A stretch of DNA of 64,000 bases from Minisyncoccota bacterium (GCA_040905715.1 JBBDRA010000003.1:199075-263074); one strand, 5' to 3'. Shown: positions 27,460 through 36,433, counted from the first letter of the stretch. Numbers and translations: made by a program. The notes: generated by a model from the sequence alone, not told the origin.

Positions 27460-29927
27460 ATTTTCAGGACCTTTTAAAACAGTCGAGGCGGTACGTACAC
27501 GCGATCCGATTCAACGATCTGCTGTCACTTTCGCATCGTTTGCAACTAAGCCATGTGCTTGAAGGGGCGATCGTTCTGAGCGTGTTGCTCATCGTTTTTT
27601 CGGTCGCCTCGGACATGTTTGACATCTCTCGCTTTGTCGGCTTCACGCTCCTTGCGTCAGGCTGTTGGCTTGTGTTGTTTGCTATTGATGCGTATGTCTT
27701 TTCGTACTATCTTCGAGAGTTTAGTTCATCGCCGTCTGTCACGTTCGAGCTGGCTGAAGTAGTTCTTTCAAGTGACCGCCATGATCTGACGGCAGGTCTT
27801 TTGGTGCATCCCCACGGAGATAGAATTTTGAGAAGACTTGGCCTTTCTATAGAGGACCTTGAGTCATTTTATGCTGATCGTCGAGAGACGGTGTCAACGG
27901 TAACAGTAAAGGATAGTCGGCCGATAGATGTTGCTCAGTACGCGATAGCTCTTTATAAAACAGATGAAGACCTCAGAACCTTTCTTTTTACCCGAGGAGT
28001 CACCGAGGAGGTCTTTGTGGGTGCGGTTGAGTGGGTGCACGCGGAGATAGTGGGCCGGAAGCAACGGTATCGATGGTGGAGCCTTGAGCGGCTTCGAGAG
28101 ATCCCCGGCATTGGAAAAGATTGGTCGTTCGGGAAGGCGTACCATCTTGAGCAGTATTCACGACCTGCAACATCTCTTGTGCGTGTGGGTAGCATCCTGC
28201 GCGATTACTATCGAAAAGAGGCGGACCGCCTGGAGTCTATACTGAGTCGCGGACGGAGTGCGAACGCTATATTGGTTGGAGAAGAGGGAAGCGGACTTCG
28301 AGATGCGGTGGCGGTTTTTGTTGATCGGATCTATCGTCAGACGATAACGCCCGAGCTGGAGCATTTTCGGGTGTATATCCTCAATACGGATCTTTTGATC
28401 GCTGATCATTCCTCGAAAAAGGAGTTTGAGGAGATGCTTGTCCGTATATTTGATGAAGCTTTAAAGACCGAGAATATTGTGATCGTTATTGAGCACTTGC
28501 CGACGTTCCTTGCAAACGCAGCTGAGCTGGGAAGTAATCCGGCAAGTCTTATTGAGGGGTATTTGGAAGATCCACGATTGCACGTCGTCGCAACCAGTTC
28601 GCCTGATGCATATTACGACCACCTTGAGCATGAGCCGCGGCTGAAGCGATGGTTCGACCGGGTGACAATGGAGCATGACGATCGCGAGAGGGTTATCTGG
28701 CTTTTAGAGGAGTTGGCAATGGAACGTGAGCGTCGGGATATTTTTGTAACGTATCCCGCTATACAGTCGGTGTATGATAATGCTAAACGATATTTAACCG
28801 GCGGGGTCATGCCAAACGTTGCACTTGATCTGCTCGAGGAGGTTATCTCGCTCGCACGAACCAAGCAGCAAGATCGAGTGACCAGGCGATCTGTAGACAA
28901 TGTAGTGGGAGAAAAAACCGGCGTGCCGACCGGAGAGGCAAGTAAAAATGAAAAAGAACGATTGCTTAACCTCGAAGATATTTTGCATAGTAAAATAGTT
29001 GGCCAGGATGCGGCGGTTGTTGCGGTGAGTGACGCGCTCCGGCGTTCACGAAGCGGAATAGGGAACCCCGATCGACCTCTTGGTGTATTTTTGTTCCTTG
29101 GACCTACCGGTGTCGGCAAAACAGAGACAGCCAAAGTGCTAGCGAATACGTTCTTTGATGGACACGATGACATAGTGCGCTTTGATATGACAGAATTTTC
29201 AGAGGGCGACTCGCTCTCCCGCTTGATCGGTAATGTTGGCACACAGACCACCGGCATGCTGTCGAGCGCAATAACTGACAATCCTTACAGTGTGCTCCTA
29301 CTTGATGAATTCGAAAAAACAACCAAGGATGTTCATAATTTGTTCTTGCAGATATTCGATGAAGGTGTATTTCATGACGCGTATGACAGTGAGGTGAACT
29401 GTCGTAACATGATCATTATCGCGACCTCTAATGCCGCCAGCGAGACTATTCACTCACTTATTAAGGAAAACGAGAAACTTGCACCACATAAAAATGAGAT
29501 CATCGACGGTTTGATCAGTTCTCACACATTTCGTCCTGAGTTGATCAACCGTTTTGATGAGGTGGTCCTGTTTCACCCTCTCTCACATGCTGAAACAGCC
29601 GCAGTGGCTGAACGGGAGCTGGCTAAGCTTCAGCTCAGACTTAATAAACGCGGTATAGCTTTTGAGATCACGCAAACCCTTATTGATTATCTGGTTGAGC
29701 ATGGGTACGATGAGAGATTCGGTGCACGAGCGATCCGCAGGATCATTGTTAGCGACATAGAGAAGGTAATATCTCATAAGTTACTGACGGGTGAGATAAA
29801 AAAGGGCGATACCGCAATTATTACCGAAAAAGATCTTACCTCACTGGCACAACCCGGCGTGATGCGTAAAGTAGCGGCGGGACTTAGCGGTCGTGCTTCG
29901 CACTCAGCTGCGGGGAGCGAGTTGTAG
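27456..29927 (+). CDS. Membrane-anchored Clp/Hsp100-like ATPase with degenerate first AAA module
   Basis: N-terminal TMs; D1 GEEGSGLRD; D2 GPTGVGKT, LLLDEFEK, FRPELINRFD, FGARAIRR. Confidence 0.85.
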   Translation: MNFQDLLKQSRRYVHAIRFNDLLSLSHRLQLSHVLEGAIVLSVLLIVFSVASDMFDISRFVGFTLLASGCWLVLFAIDAYVFSYYLREFSSSPSVTFELAEVVLSSDRHDLTAGLLVHPHGDRILRRLGLSIEDLESFYADRRETVSTVTVKDSRPIDVAQYAIALYKTDEDLRTFLFTRGVTEEVFVGAVEWVHAEIVGRKQRYRWWSLERLREIPGIGKDWSFGKAYHLEQYSRPATSLVRVGSILRDYYRKEADRLESILSRGRSANAILVGEEGSGLRDAVAVFVDRIYRQTITPELEHFRVYILNTDLLIADHSSKKEFEEMLVRIFDEALKTENIVIVIEHLPTFLANAAELGSNPASLIEGYLEDPRLHVVATSSPDAYYDHLEHEPRLKRWFDRVTMEHDDRERVIWLLEELAMERERRDIFVTYPAIQSVYDNAKRYLTGGVMPNVALDLLEEVISLARTKQQDRVTRRSVDNVVGEKTGVPTGEASKNEKERLLNLEDILHSKIVGQDAAVVAVSDALRRSRSGIGNPDRPLGVFLFLGPTGVGKTETAKVLANTFFDGHDDIVRFDMTEFSEGDSLSRLIGNVGTQTTGMLSSAITDNPYSVLLLDEFEKTTKDVHNLFLQIFDEGVFHDAYDSEVNCRNMIIIATSNAASETIHSLIKENEKLAPHKNEIIDGLISSHTFRPELINRFDEVVLFHPLSHAETAAVAERELAKLQLRLNKRGIAFEITQTLIDYLVEHGYDERFGARAIRRIIVSDIEKVISHKLLTGEIKKGDTAIITEKDLTSLAQPGVMRKVAAGLSGRASHSAAGSEL

Positions 29928-29992
29928 GAATCTTGCGTATTTTGCACACTAATTTTGACGAATGATTGTTTTTATTCTATATTAATTGCTAT

Positions 29993-30469
29993 ATGGAAGA
30001 TTTTATTAAAAAACAGTTTCTTAGAGAGCGGTGGCAAGACGCTTCTGAAAAACAAACTCAACGTATTGAGGAAGAGGAAAGCGAAGCATTGAGATCGTAC
30101 CAACAGATCAAAAAAACTGTTGCAGATCTACCGGAGCATATATCGGAGGAAAATCGTGAGTTGATCAAAGAATACTTTGAGGAGCTACAGGAAAGTATTC
30201 AACGCTATGTTTCGTCTATCGACGCTTTTACCAAGGCACGGATCAGTAAAACCGACACTCAGGACATGACTCGCTTGGATGAAAGTCGGCGTCGTATGCA
30301 CGACGGCCTAATAACTGTTTTAGAAGTACTTGAACGACTACTTAAGAGGGAAGGACTTGACACATCATGGAGAAGTGTTATAGGATCTAATAGGACAAGA
30401 GTTAAAGAGTGGGCGCAGGAAGTGACTGGCCACATATCACGGGAGGCAGAAAGGAGCGTTGAAGAGTGA
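29993..30469 (+). CDS. Helical hypothetical protein
   Basis: Open frame, coiled-coil composition, DESRRRMHDGL motif. Confidence 0.6.
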   Translation: MEDFIKKQFLRERWQDASEKQTQRIEEEESEALRSYQQIKKTVADLPEHISEENRELIKEYFEELQESIQRYVSSIDAFTKARISKTDTQDMTRLDESRRRMHDGLITVLEVLERLLKREGLDTSWRSVIGSNRTRVKEWAQEVTGHISREAERSVEE

Positions 30470-30747
30470 CCATCCAGGAGCTCTATCAGTTCTGCAGGAG
30501 AAAAAGTGAGCTTGACCATGCGTGGCGCACTATGGCACTTGCTGCTATCGATCTCTGCTCTGCTCACAATCAAAAGGGCTGGGTTTCAGAGATAAAGAGT
30601 CAGCCGCTGCCGACCAATGGAGAACTTGAGAAGCTAAGGGTAAATTTCGAGAGCGCCAAGCAGGTACTTGTGGAGAAGTGTATTGCTCATCGGATCCCTG
30701 TGCCGGAATTCACGGCACGGGATGTCTACAACCTCGTCGCTCAATAA
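30466..30747 (+). CDS. Hypothetical protein
   Basis: GTGA overlap, AAAGGAG upstream, terminator CTCCCCGAA/TTCGGGGAG after. Confidence 0.55.
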   Translation: MTIQELYQFCRRKSELDHAWRTMALAAIDLCSAHNQKGWVSEIKSQPLPTNGELEKLRVNFESAKQVLVEKCIAHRIPVPEFTARDVYNLVAQ

Positions 30748-30913
30748 CCAGCTCCCCGAACAGTGTTTCGGGGAGTTTTTTTATGCTGACAAGTAATTAC
30801 TTGTACATTAAAGCGAAGAGGTATTTTGTACCTGGGTGCTCGATTGCAATATTTGACAAATATGATATAAATACTCCTGGTTTAGATTTCAGAAGTTCTT
30901 TCTAGGAGAAGAC

Positions 30914-31552
30914 ATGTTACATTCTGCTGGTGGAAATGGTGCAGGCAAAGTATCTGACCTCAGATTTTCTGAGGTGTACGATGTCGAGGTGGATTACAAT
31001 CGTCCTACCGCTGAGCTGGCGATTGACTACCATTTGCGTATCGCAACTGAGAGTGTGTTTGATGCAGTGTCTCATTCACACGATCGGCATGGCAACGTGA
31101 AGCAGCCCAAGAAAAAGTTCATTCGGATGGCTTCTGTTATGTATGAGCCTGATGGAGATCTCGACGGGGGGTTGGAAAATATGGTTATCCATAACCATCT
31201 CTGGCAAGCAAGGATGCGACCAGCCACGCTACATGAGCTCATTAGCTGGTACGCGATGGATCGGACCAGTAATCTCTTCTATCACGATGCTGAAGAAAGC
31301 GGGCTCATAGCGCTGGGCGATACGTTTGAGCAGGATGGTGATGATGAGGTGTATGCGCCGGTCATCTACGCCTTCGGTTGGCAACAGCTGTGCGACGAAG
31401 AAACAGCCGAAGAGATCGAAGGGGCTATCATGCAAGGCGAATCGTGTGCCATGGCTTTGCTGAAACGCGCCATTGTGCCATCGATCGACATCTACGGCAC
31501 AAGCGGCAAGCAGTGGGGTGAGTTTGCCGAGTTTGCTGTCGTGCTGATGTGA
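30914..31552 (+). CDS. Acidic orphan protein
   Basis: AGGAG SD; own terminator ~31588-31620. Confidence 0.55.
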   Translation: MLHSAGGNGAGKVSDLRFSEVYDVEVDYNRPTAELAIDYHLRIATESVFDAVSHSHDRHGNVKQPKKKFIRMASVMYEPDGDLDGGLENMVIHNHLWQARMRPATLHELISWYAMDRTSNLFYHDAEESGLIALGDTFEQDGDDEVYAPVIYAFGWQQLCDEETAEEIEGAIMQGESCAMALLKRAIVPSIDIYGTSGKQWGEFAEFAVVLM

Positions 31553-31676
31553 TCGACCAAAGGTGTCTCTTGTGTCCTGTACAACACAAAAGAGCGAGTA
31601 TGAAACTCGCTCTTTTTTATTACATGCTAGAGATAAATGAGCGGGGATGAGGTTTAGCCATGTTGGCGCAGGTATA

Positions 31677-31704
31677 TTGACATATATACAATATGATGTA
31701 TTAT
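31677..31704 (+). promoter_or_regulatory. Sigma70-type promoter
   Basis: TTGACA-16-TATTAT. Confidence 0.6.
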
Positions 31705-31744
31705 ATATTTCAGTATGTTGTTGCTTTTACATAAGGAGTTTCAG

Positions 31745-31978
31745 ATGAACATGATGTGTGAGTGCCCCGGTTGTTCGGCGAAGCGAATGGTCTTTCTAGT
31801 GATCTATCGTGAGGCCGTTGGCGAGTTCCCTTCGATCAAGAGGGGGTGGTGTCCGAATTGCGGCGAGCAGATCTTCTACTATCGAGATAGCGGTCGCGAC
31901 CGCTTTATCGGTCGTGATCAGTTGGTCGCGCTCGAAGAAAGTCGCTCGGTACAATTGGAGGCGCAGAAAGGAGAGTGA
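31745..31978 (+). CDS. Small Zn-ribbon protein (module copy 1)
   Basis: AAGGAG SD; CPGC...CPNC. Confidence 0.6.
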   Translation: MNMMCECPGCSAKRMVFLVIYREAVGEFPSIKRGWCPNCGEQIFYYRDSGRDRFIGRDQLVALEESRSVQLEAQKGE

Positions 31979-31979
31979 G

Positions 31980-32057
31980 ATGTCGTTCATTCGACTGACC
32001 TCGACAGGGAGAAAGATCCTGATCCTGGCGTTTCTTTTGTTTGCGGCGCTGTGTTGA
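31980..32057 (+). CDS. 25-aa hydrophobic peptide MSFIRLTSTGRKILILAFLLFAALC (module copy 1)
   Basis: AAAGGAG SD; paralog at 33885; terminator 32091-32130. Confidence 0.55.
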   Translation: MSFIRLTSTGRKILILAFLLFAALC

Positions 32058-32167
32058 AACAGGGTCGAAAGACGAAACTCCTTCTGGTTGCCCCCGATGG
32101 CTTGCGCGTGCAACCATCGGGGGTTTTATTTATCCGACAGATGATTATGTGATAGTGTTTTGATGAT

Positions 32168-33151
32168 ATGATCAGCGGTTTTTGGCAACAGCTTAATACA
32201 CCTATTATGGCACTGGCGCCGATGGCGGACGTGACCGACGCGGCATTCCGGCGCATTATCGCAAAATACGGCAAACCGGATGTGACATGGACCGAATTCG
32301 TCTCGGCCGACGGGCTTTTTTTAGGTGGGCGAGACTCGCTGATGCGTGATCTGTGGTTCGACGAATCAGAGCGGCCGATCGTGGCGCAGTTCTTTAGTCC
32401 GGATCCAAGCCGAATGAAGCAGGCGGCTGAGTTGGCAGTAGAGCTTGGATTTGACGGGATAGATCTGAATATGGGGTGTCCGGACTCGAGTGTCTGTAAG
32501 CAGGGCGCGGGCAGTGCTATGATCCGCACTCCCGAGTTGGCCCAAGATGTTGTGCGGGCAACAATGGACGGCGCCGGCGAGCTGCCTGTATCAGTCAAAA
32601 CCCGGTCCGGATATTCCTCAGACCGCGAGCTTGATGCCTGGATGAGCGCACTGATTGAAACACAGCCGGCGGCGATTACGGTTCATGCCCGAACCAAAAA
32701 GGATATGTCTAAAGTGCCGGCACGCTGGGAGCTACTGCCCCGCGTGGTTGAGTTGCGAGATCAGCATTCTCCCGATACCCGTATTCTGGGAAATGGAGAC
32801 GTGTCGAGTCTTGAGGAAGCGCATCGGCGGGTCGAGGAGACCGGCGTGGACGGAGTAATGATCGGTCGGGGAATATTCGGCAATCCGTGGTTTTTCAATA
32901 CTGACAGTGACGCGAGTACGGTTACGATCGAAGAGAAGCTTCGGGTGCTGGTGGAGCACACCAGACTTTTCGAGGAGTTGCTGGGCAACGAGAAGTCCTT
33001 TTACTTAATGAAAAAACATTTTAAGGCGTATGTATCCGGTTGGGAGGGGGCAAAAGAGCTACGAGGAAAGTTAATGGAGGCAGAGGATGCCGACGATGTG
33101 GAACAAACGATAAATACATATCTGACCCGAAAAACAGAGAAAAATACTTGA
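32168..33151 (+). CDS. tRNA-dihydrouridine synthase (Dus family)
   Basis: LAPMADVTD, DLNMGCP, VSVKTR, TVHART, GNGD, GVMIGRG. Confidence 0.92.
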   Translation: MISGFWQQLNTPIMALAPMADVTDAAFRRIIAKYGKPDVTWTEFVSADGLFLGGRDSLMRDLWFDESERPIVAQFFSPDPSRMKQAAELAVELGFDGIDLNMGCPDSSVCKQGAGSAMIRTPELAQDVVRATMDGAGELPVSVKTRSGYSSDRELDAWMSALIETQPAAITVHARTKKDMSKVPARWELLPRVVELRDQHSPDTRILGNGDVSSLEEAHRRVEETGVDGVMIGRGIFGNPWFFNTDSDASTVTIEEKLRVLVEHTRLFEELLGNEKSFYLMKKHFKAYVSGWEGAKELRGKLMEAEDADDVEQTINTYLTRKTEKNT

Positions 33152-33175
33152 CAAATAATTTAATGATGTTATCTT
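33148..33175 (+). promoter_or_regulatory. Sigma70-type promoter of the structured RNA
   Basis: TTGACA-16-TATCTT with extended TG. Confidence 0.6.
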
Positions 33176-33181
33176 ATACCC

Positions 33182-33563
33182 ACTGTGGTGAGATCGTCAC
33201 ACGAGTGACACACCGCAGGGTTCTTTCAGAGGAGCCTTTCTATGAGGTCACCCCCGATGCAGCGTCACGAGGAGAATCTTGCTTTGAATAATTCCAGCAA
33301 CGGTGACAACAGCTCCGGCGACGGCGGCGCCTACGGCGGGCGCTGACCCAGGCCGACGGCCGACTGTTTCCATGGTGGAGACAGTCTGAACGGGTACGCC
33401 CTTTAACCAGTGTAAAGCGCGGGAAGAGAGGTAAGCGACGAAGCACCCACACCCCGTAGTTTGGGGAGGGCTCGTTGACTGGAGGCGAAAGTCTCCTGTT
33501 GGCAAAAGAAAAAGATGCTTAGTGATTTTTAGGGCGGATTCTAAAATAGGATCCGCCCTTTTT
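33182..33563 (+). ncRNA. Candidate large structured RNA of unknown family (contains a 34-codon sORF at 33242-33346)
   Basis: About 10 stems with G-U pairs on the + strand, a GAAA loop, long-range helix 33307-33323/33473-33501, own promoter and terminator. Confidence 0.5.
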
Positions 33564-33602
33564 CTATACGTCAGCGCTATCCTGCAGCTATGTCAGGAAC
33601 TA

Positions 33603-33630
33603 TTGACAAATTTTCAGGTAATCGTACAAT
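33603..33630 (+). promoter_or_regulatory. Sigma70-type promoter
   Basis: TTGACA-16-TACAAT. Confidence 0.65.
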
Positions 33631-33679
33631 AAAACTGTCGTTCTTTGCCTTAAGAAACCCGCAAGCGAAAGGCAGTGCT

Positions 33680-33922
33680 ATGGAAGGTTGCTAAACTCAG
33701 TGCCCGAGTTGCCACAATAACGTGATCGTTACAGACCTTGTCGACTCACCGTCGCAGGTTTCGGGGTTGCGTACGAAGGAAGGAACCTGTCCCTTCTGCG
33801 AGGAGAAGATTTACCGGGTCTTGGCAGGGAATATTGGGATCTGGTATACCCGAGAGTACATCGAAACAGCGAGGGGTATCTCCAATGATCGTTCGAAATC
33901 GCGTTCGCACGCGCATCGGTGA
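33680..33922 (+). pseudogene. Zn-ribbon protein (module copy 2) with an in-frame TAA at codon 5
   Basis: ATG GAA GGT TGC TAA ACT CAG TGC CCG AGT TGC = MEGC*TQCPSC...CPFCEEKIY, in frame with ORF 33722-33922. Confidence 0.5.
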
Positions 33923-33989
33923 GCCCCGGGAACACTTTCCGCGCAAGATCATTATTCTCGCGGCCCTCGTGTTCGCGGCGCTCTGCTAA
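33885..33989 (+). CDS. 34-aa peptide ending RKIIILAALVFAALC (module copy 2)
   Basis: GAGGGG SD; C-terminus matches the 31980 peptide; terminator ~34005-34028. Confidence 0.55.
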   Translation: MIVRNRVRTRIGEPREHFPRKIIILAALVFAALC

Positions 33990-34038
33990 TGGACATCTGA
34001 ACAAAAACCCGCTTCTCGAGCGGGTTTTCTTATAGGTA

Positions 34039-34066
34039 TTGACAAAAATACTATATTTAGTATAAT
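34039..34066 (+). promoter_or_regulatory. Consensus sigma70 promoter
   Basis: TTGACA-16-TATAAT. Confidence 0.7.
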
Positions 34067-34222
34067 CATACGCAGACAATTCACAGCGACAGGGAGTTGC
34101 TGTTTAAAATATACGTTCGTTGGAAAGGGAAGAGAGAGAGAGCTCCGTACGGTGGAATCCGTGCGTTAACCAGCCTTTACTAAAGGCAGTGAACGGAAGC
34201 ACCTACACAGTAGGAGCGTCTC

Positions 34223-34528
34223 ATGTTTGGATGCGATGAAGGTAAGCGGAAAATGCAAGGTGTTGCTTTGGCGGTCGGCCTGTTCGTGGGAATGATGATG
34301 TTCGTCATTCTTTCGGGAGGTTGCACAACCCAGGTCGGCACCGGACGCATGGTCGGATTTGAAGCCGGCGTCGGTCTGTCGCTTGGAGAGAACACGTCTC
34401 TTCAGACGACGTCCAAAGACGAAACGGAAAGCGGGCGGAACATAACCGGTCGCAGTCCGTATGCCGGCAAATCGAGCACCGATACCTCGGCTGACGGTCG
34501 GCGTCAGGCGTGGGACACCCGTTTCTAA
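34223..34528 (+). CDS. Small putative lipoprotein or membrane-anchored protein
   Basis: AGGAG SD; hydrophobic stretch ending LSGGC. Confidence 0.55.
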   Translation: MFGCDEGKRKMQGVALAVGLFVGMMMFVILSGGCTTQVGTGRMVGFEAGVGLSLGENTSLQTTSKDETESGRNITGRSPYAGKSSTDTSADGRRQAWDTRF

Positions 34529-34539
34529 GGAGGTTCAGG

Positions 34540-35040
34540 ATGAAATTTGACCTAACACCTTCTCAGAAAACGGCCGTCTGGTTTTTCGGGTTCTGGGTCG
34601 TGCTACTGCTCATCGGAGCATTTGCCGGTACTCAGGACCAGTGGGGACAGACCGCAGTGTATGTTGCCGGCGGATTCCTCTGGCTTGCGCTGATGCAGTT
34701 TCTTGCAGTGTCAGTGCTCTCGCGTATCATTCTTGGTTTCATTTTGCTGATCGCGTCACTTGGCAGTACGGTTATTTTTTCTGTGACGCTGGCGAACGCG
34801 ATCGAGCACATCGATCCGTTGATGGTGTGGAGCACAACGCTTCACCATGCTCAGGTGATCGTGATGATGCCTCGGCAGATATTCGAGGGAGCGAGTCAAT
34901 GGGTCGCAACCGGTGACCCTGACGCGTTTCGACAGACCGGTTGCGCCGGACATCATCTTTTTCTGGCACTCCTTATTGGTATCGCTGTAATAGCGATGGT
35001 AGCAAAGGGAATGTCAGGATGGGCCCGAACTTCTTCTTGA
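34540..35040 (+). CDS. Multi-pass membrane orphan protein
   Basis: AAGGAGG SD; about four TM segments. Confidence 0.6.
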   Translation: MKFDLTPSQKTAVWFFGFWVVLLLIGAFAGTQDQWGQTAVYVAGGFLWLALMQFLAVSVLSRIILGFILLIASLGSTVIFSVTLANAIEHIDPLMVWSTTLHHAQVIVMMPRQIFEGASQWVATGDPDAFRQTGCAGHHLFLALLIGIAVIAMVAKGMSGWARTSS

Positions 35041-35159
35041 ACCATTACCGCCACATCGAGCGGTGTATTGAACCCCACAGGTATCGCTACCACCTGTGGG
35101 GTTTTTCTATAGGAGGGCTGCTGACTATTGACAAAATATTTGTGTGTATGATATACAAA

Positions 35160-35235
35160 GGTCAGTTCAGAACCTTGCCCCCCCTCAGCCGACGAAGTGT
35201 GCGCCCCCCCCAGCACACTTCGTCGGTTTTTTATT
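35160..35235 (+). ncRNA. Candidate short sRNA with two C-rich single-stranded tracts
   Basis: TTGACA at 35128 and TGaTATACA; CCGACGAAGTGTGC/GCACACTTCGTCGG stem with C8-containing loop + T tract. Confidence 0.35.
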
Positions 35236-35286
35236 TTTAACTATTATTTAACATGGGGCACTGTCTTTCTGTTATAATACATTTCT

Positions 35287-36324
35287 ATGTCAGAATCAGC
35301 TCTCTATCGAAGATATCGCCCGCAGAAATTTTCTGATGTGATCGGTCAGGAACATGTAGTGAAAGCGATCGAAGGCGCGATCAAGAATGAAACGTTCGCT
35401 CACGCGTATCTTTTCTCCGGTACGCGCGGTACCGGCAAGACCTCTATTGCCAGGATTTTCGCCAAGGAGATCGGGGTGAGTCAAAACGATCTCTACGAGA
35501 TAGACGCCGCCTCTAATCGCGGTATCGATGATGTACGTGAACTACGTGACTCAGTGAGCGGTATGCCAATGGAGTCTCCGTATAAGGTCTACATCATAGA
35601 TGAAGTACACATGCTCACCAAGGAAGCCTTTAACGCGCTTCTTAAAACACTCGAGGAGCCGCCGAAGCATGTATTGTTTATGCTTGCTACAACCGAGCTT
35701 CATAAACTGCCGGACACCGTTGTGTCCCGCTGTCAGACATTTCACCTACGACAGCCGAACCAAACGATTCTTCGCGATGTAGTGCTACGGGTTGCGGAAG
35801 AAGAAGGCTACGAACTGGAGGGAAGTTCAGCAGATCTGATCGCGCTGTTGGGTGAGGGGAGTTTTCGTGACACGCTGGGTATGCTTCAAAAAGTGCTTTC
35901 TGCATCCGGTGGCAAGAAGATAAAGGAAGAAGAGGTGGAGCAGATAACCGGAGCCCCTCGATCCGAAACGATCAACAAGCTGATCAAGGCTATCGGCACC
36001 AAGGATCTTGCTGAGGCGCTAACGGTTATTCACGCGGCGTCCGCGCAAAATTCGGACATGCGTTTGCTCATCTCGCTACTTCTGCAAAAGCTTCGTTCGA
36101 TACTGTTGCTTCGATTCGCTGCCGGCCTTGAGGAGGATCTCAAAGATGAGCTTTCAGAAGATGATTTTGCGTTTCTCTCTGAGAAAGCAAAAGATAAAGA
36201 TTTTGTATTGACCGCTGAGACCATCCGCGAACTTCTCGACGCATTTGAGCAGACCGGTCGAGCCGCAGTGATTGAGCTTCCCTTGGAGCTTGCGTTGACC
36301 CGATTGTTGGGTGACGTTGAGTAA
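35287..36324 (+). CDS. dnaX: DNA polymerase III subunit gamma/tau (short form)
   Basis: LYRRYRPQKF, GTRGTGKT, EIDAASNRG, IIDEVHML, LLKTLEEPP, SRC. Confidence 0.95.
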   Translation: MSESALYRRYRPQKFSDVIGQEHVVKAIEGAIKNETFAHAYLFSGTRGTGKTSIARIFAKEIGVSQNDLYEIDAASNRGIDDVRELRDSVSGMPMESPYKVYIIDEVHMLTKEAFNALLKTLEEPPKHVLFMLATTELHKLPDTVVSRCQTFHLRQPNQTILRDVVLRVAEEEGYELEGSSADLIALLGEGSFRDTLGMLQKVLSASGGKKIKEEEVEQITGAPRSETINKLIKAIGTKDLAEALTVIHAASAQNSDMRLLISLLLQKLRSILLLRFAAGLEEDLKDELSEDDFAFLSEKAKDKDFVLTAETIRELLDAFEQTGRAAVIELPLELALTRLLGDVE

Positions 36325-36359
36325 GAAGAGATTTTGGTGTAGTGTAGAATATAAAATAT

Positions 36360-36433
36360 TGCCCGGTCGTCTAATGGCAGGACAGCGGCTTTTGGAGCCG
36401 TTAATTGGGGTTCGAGTCCCTGCCGGGCAGCCA
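36360..36433 (+). tRNA. tRNA-Gln (TTG), CCA encoded
   Basis: Acceptor TGCCCGG/CCGGGCA, anticodon arm GCGGC-TTTTGGA-GCCGT, T-loop TTCGAGT. Confidence 0.93.

Noticed and set aside
28613-29281. Long antisense ORFs (also 31987-32598, 38682-39209, 36734-37204)
   Set aside because: They mirror well-supported genes on the other strand and show no independent motifs.
33245-33530. RNase P RNA (GAGGAGAATCTT ... AAGATGCTTA loosely resembles P4)
   Set aside because: The invariant GAAAGUC with bulged U, ACAGAA..GGCUUA and CR-II/III motifs are not matched. Kept as an unknown RNA pending a covariance search.
33692-33694. Stop-codon recoding explaining the in-frame stop
   Set aside because: The codon is TAA, and many genes here end normally in TAA, TAG or TGA. 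A nonsense mutation or sequencing error is simpler.
35160-35235. SRP RNA (often upstream of dnaX)
   Set aside because: No CAGG-N3-GRAA-N3-AGCA helix-8 motif.
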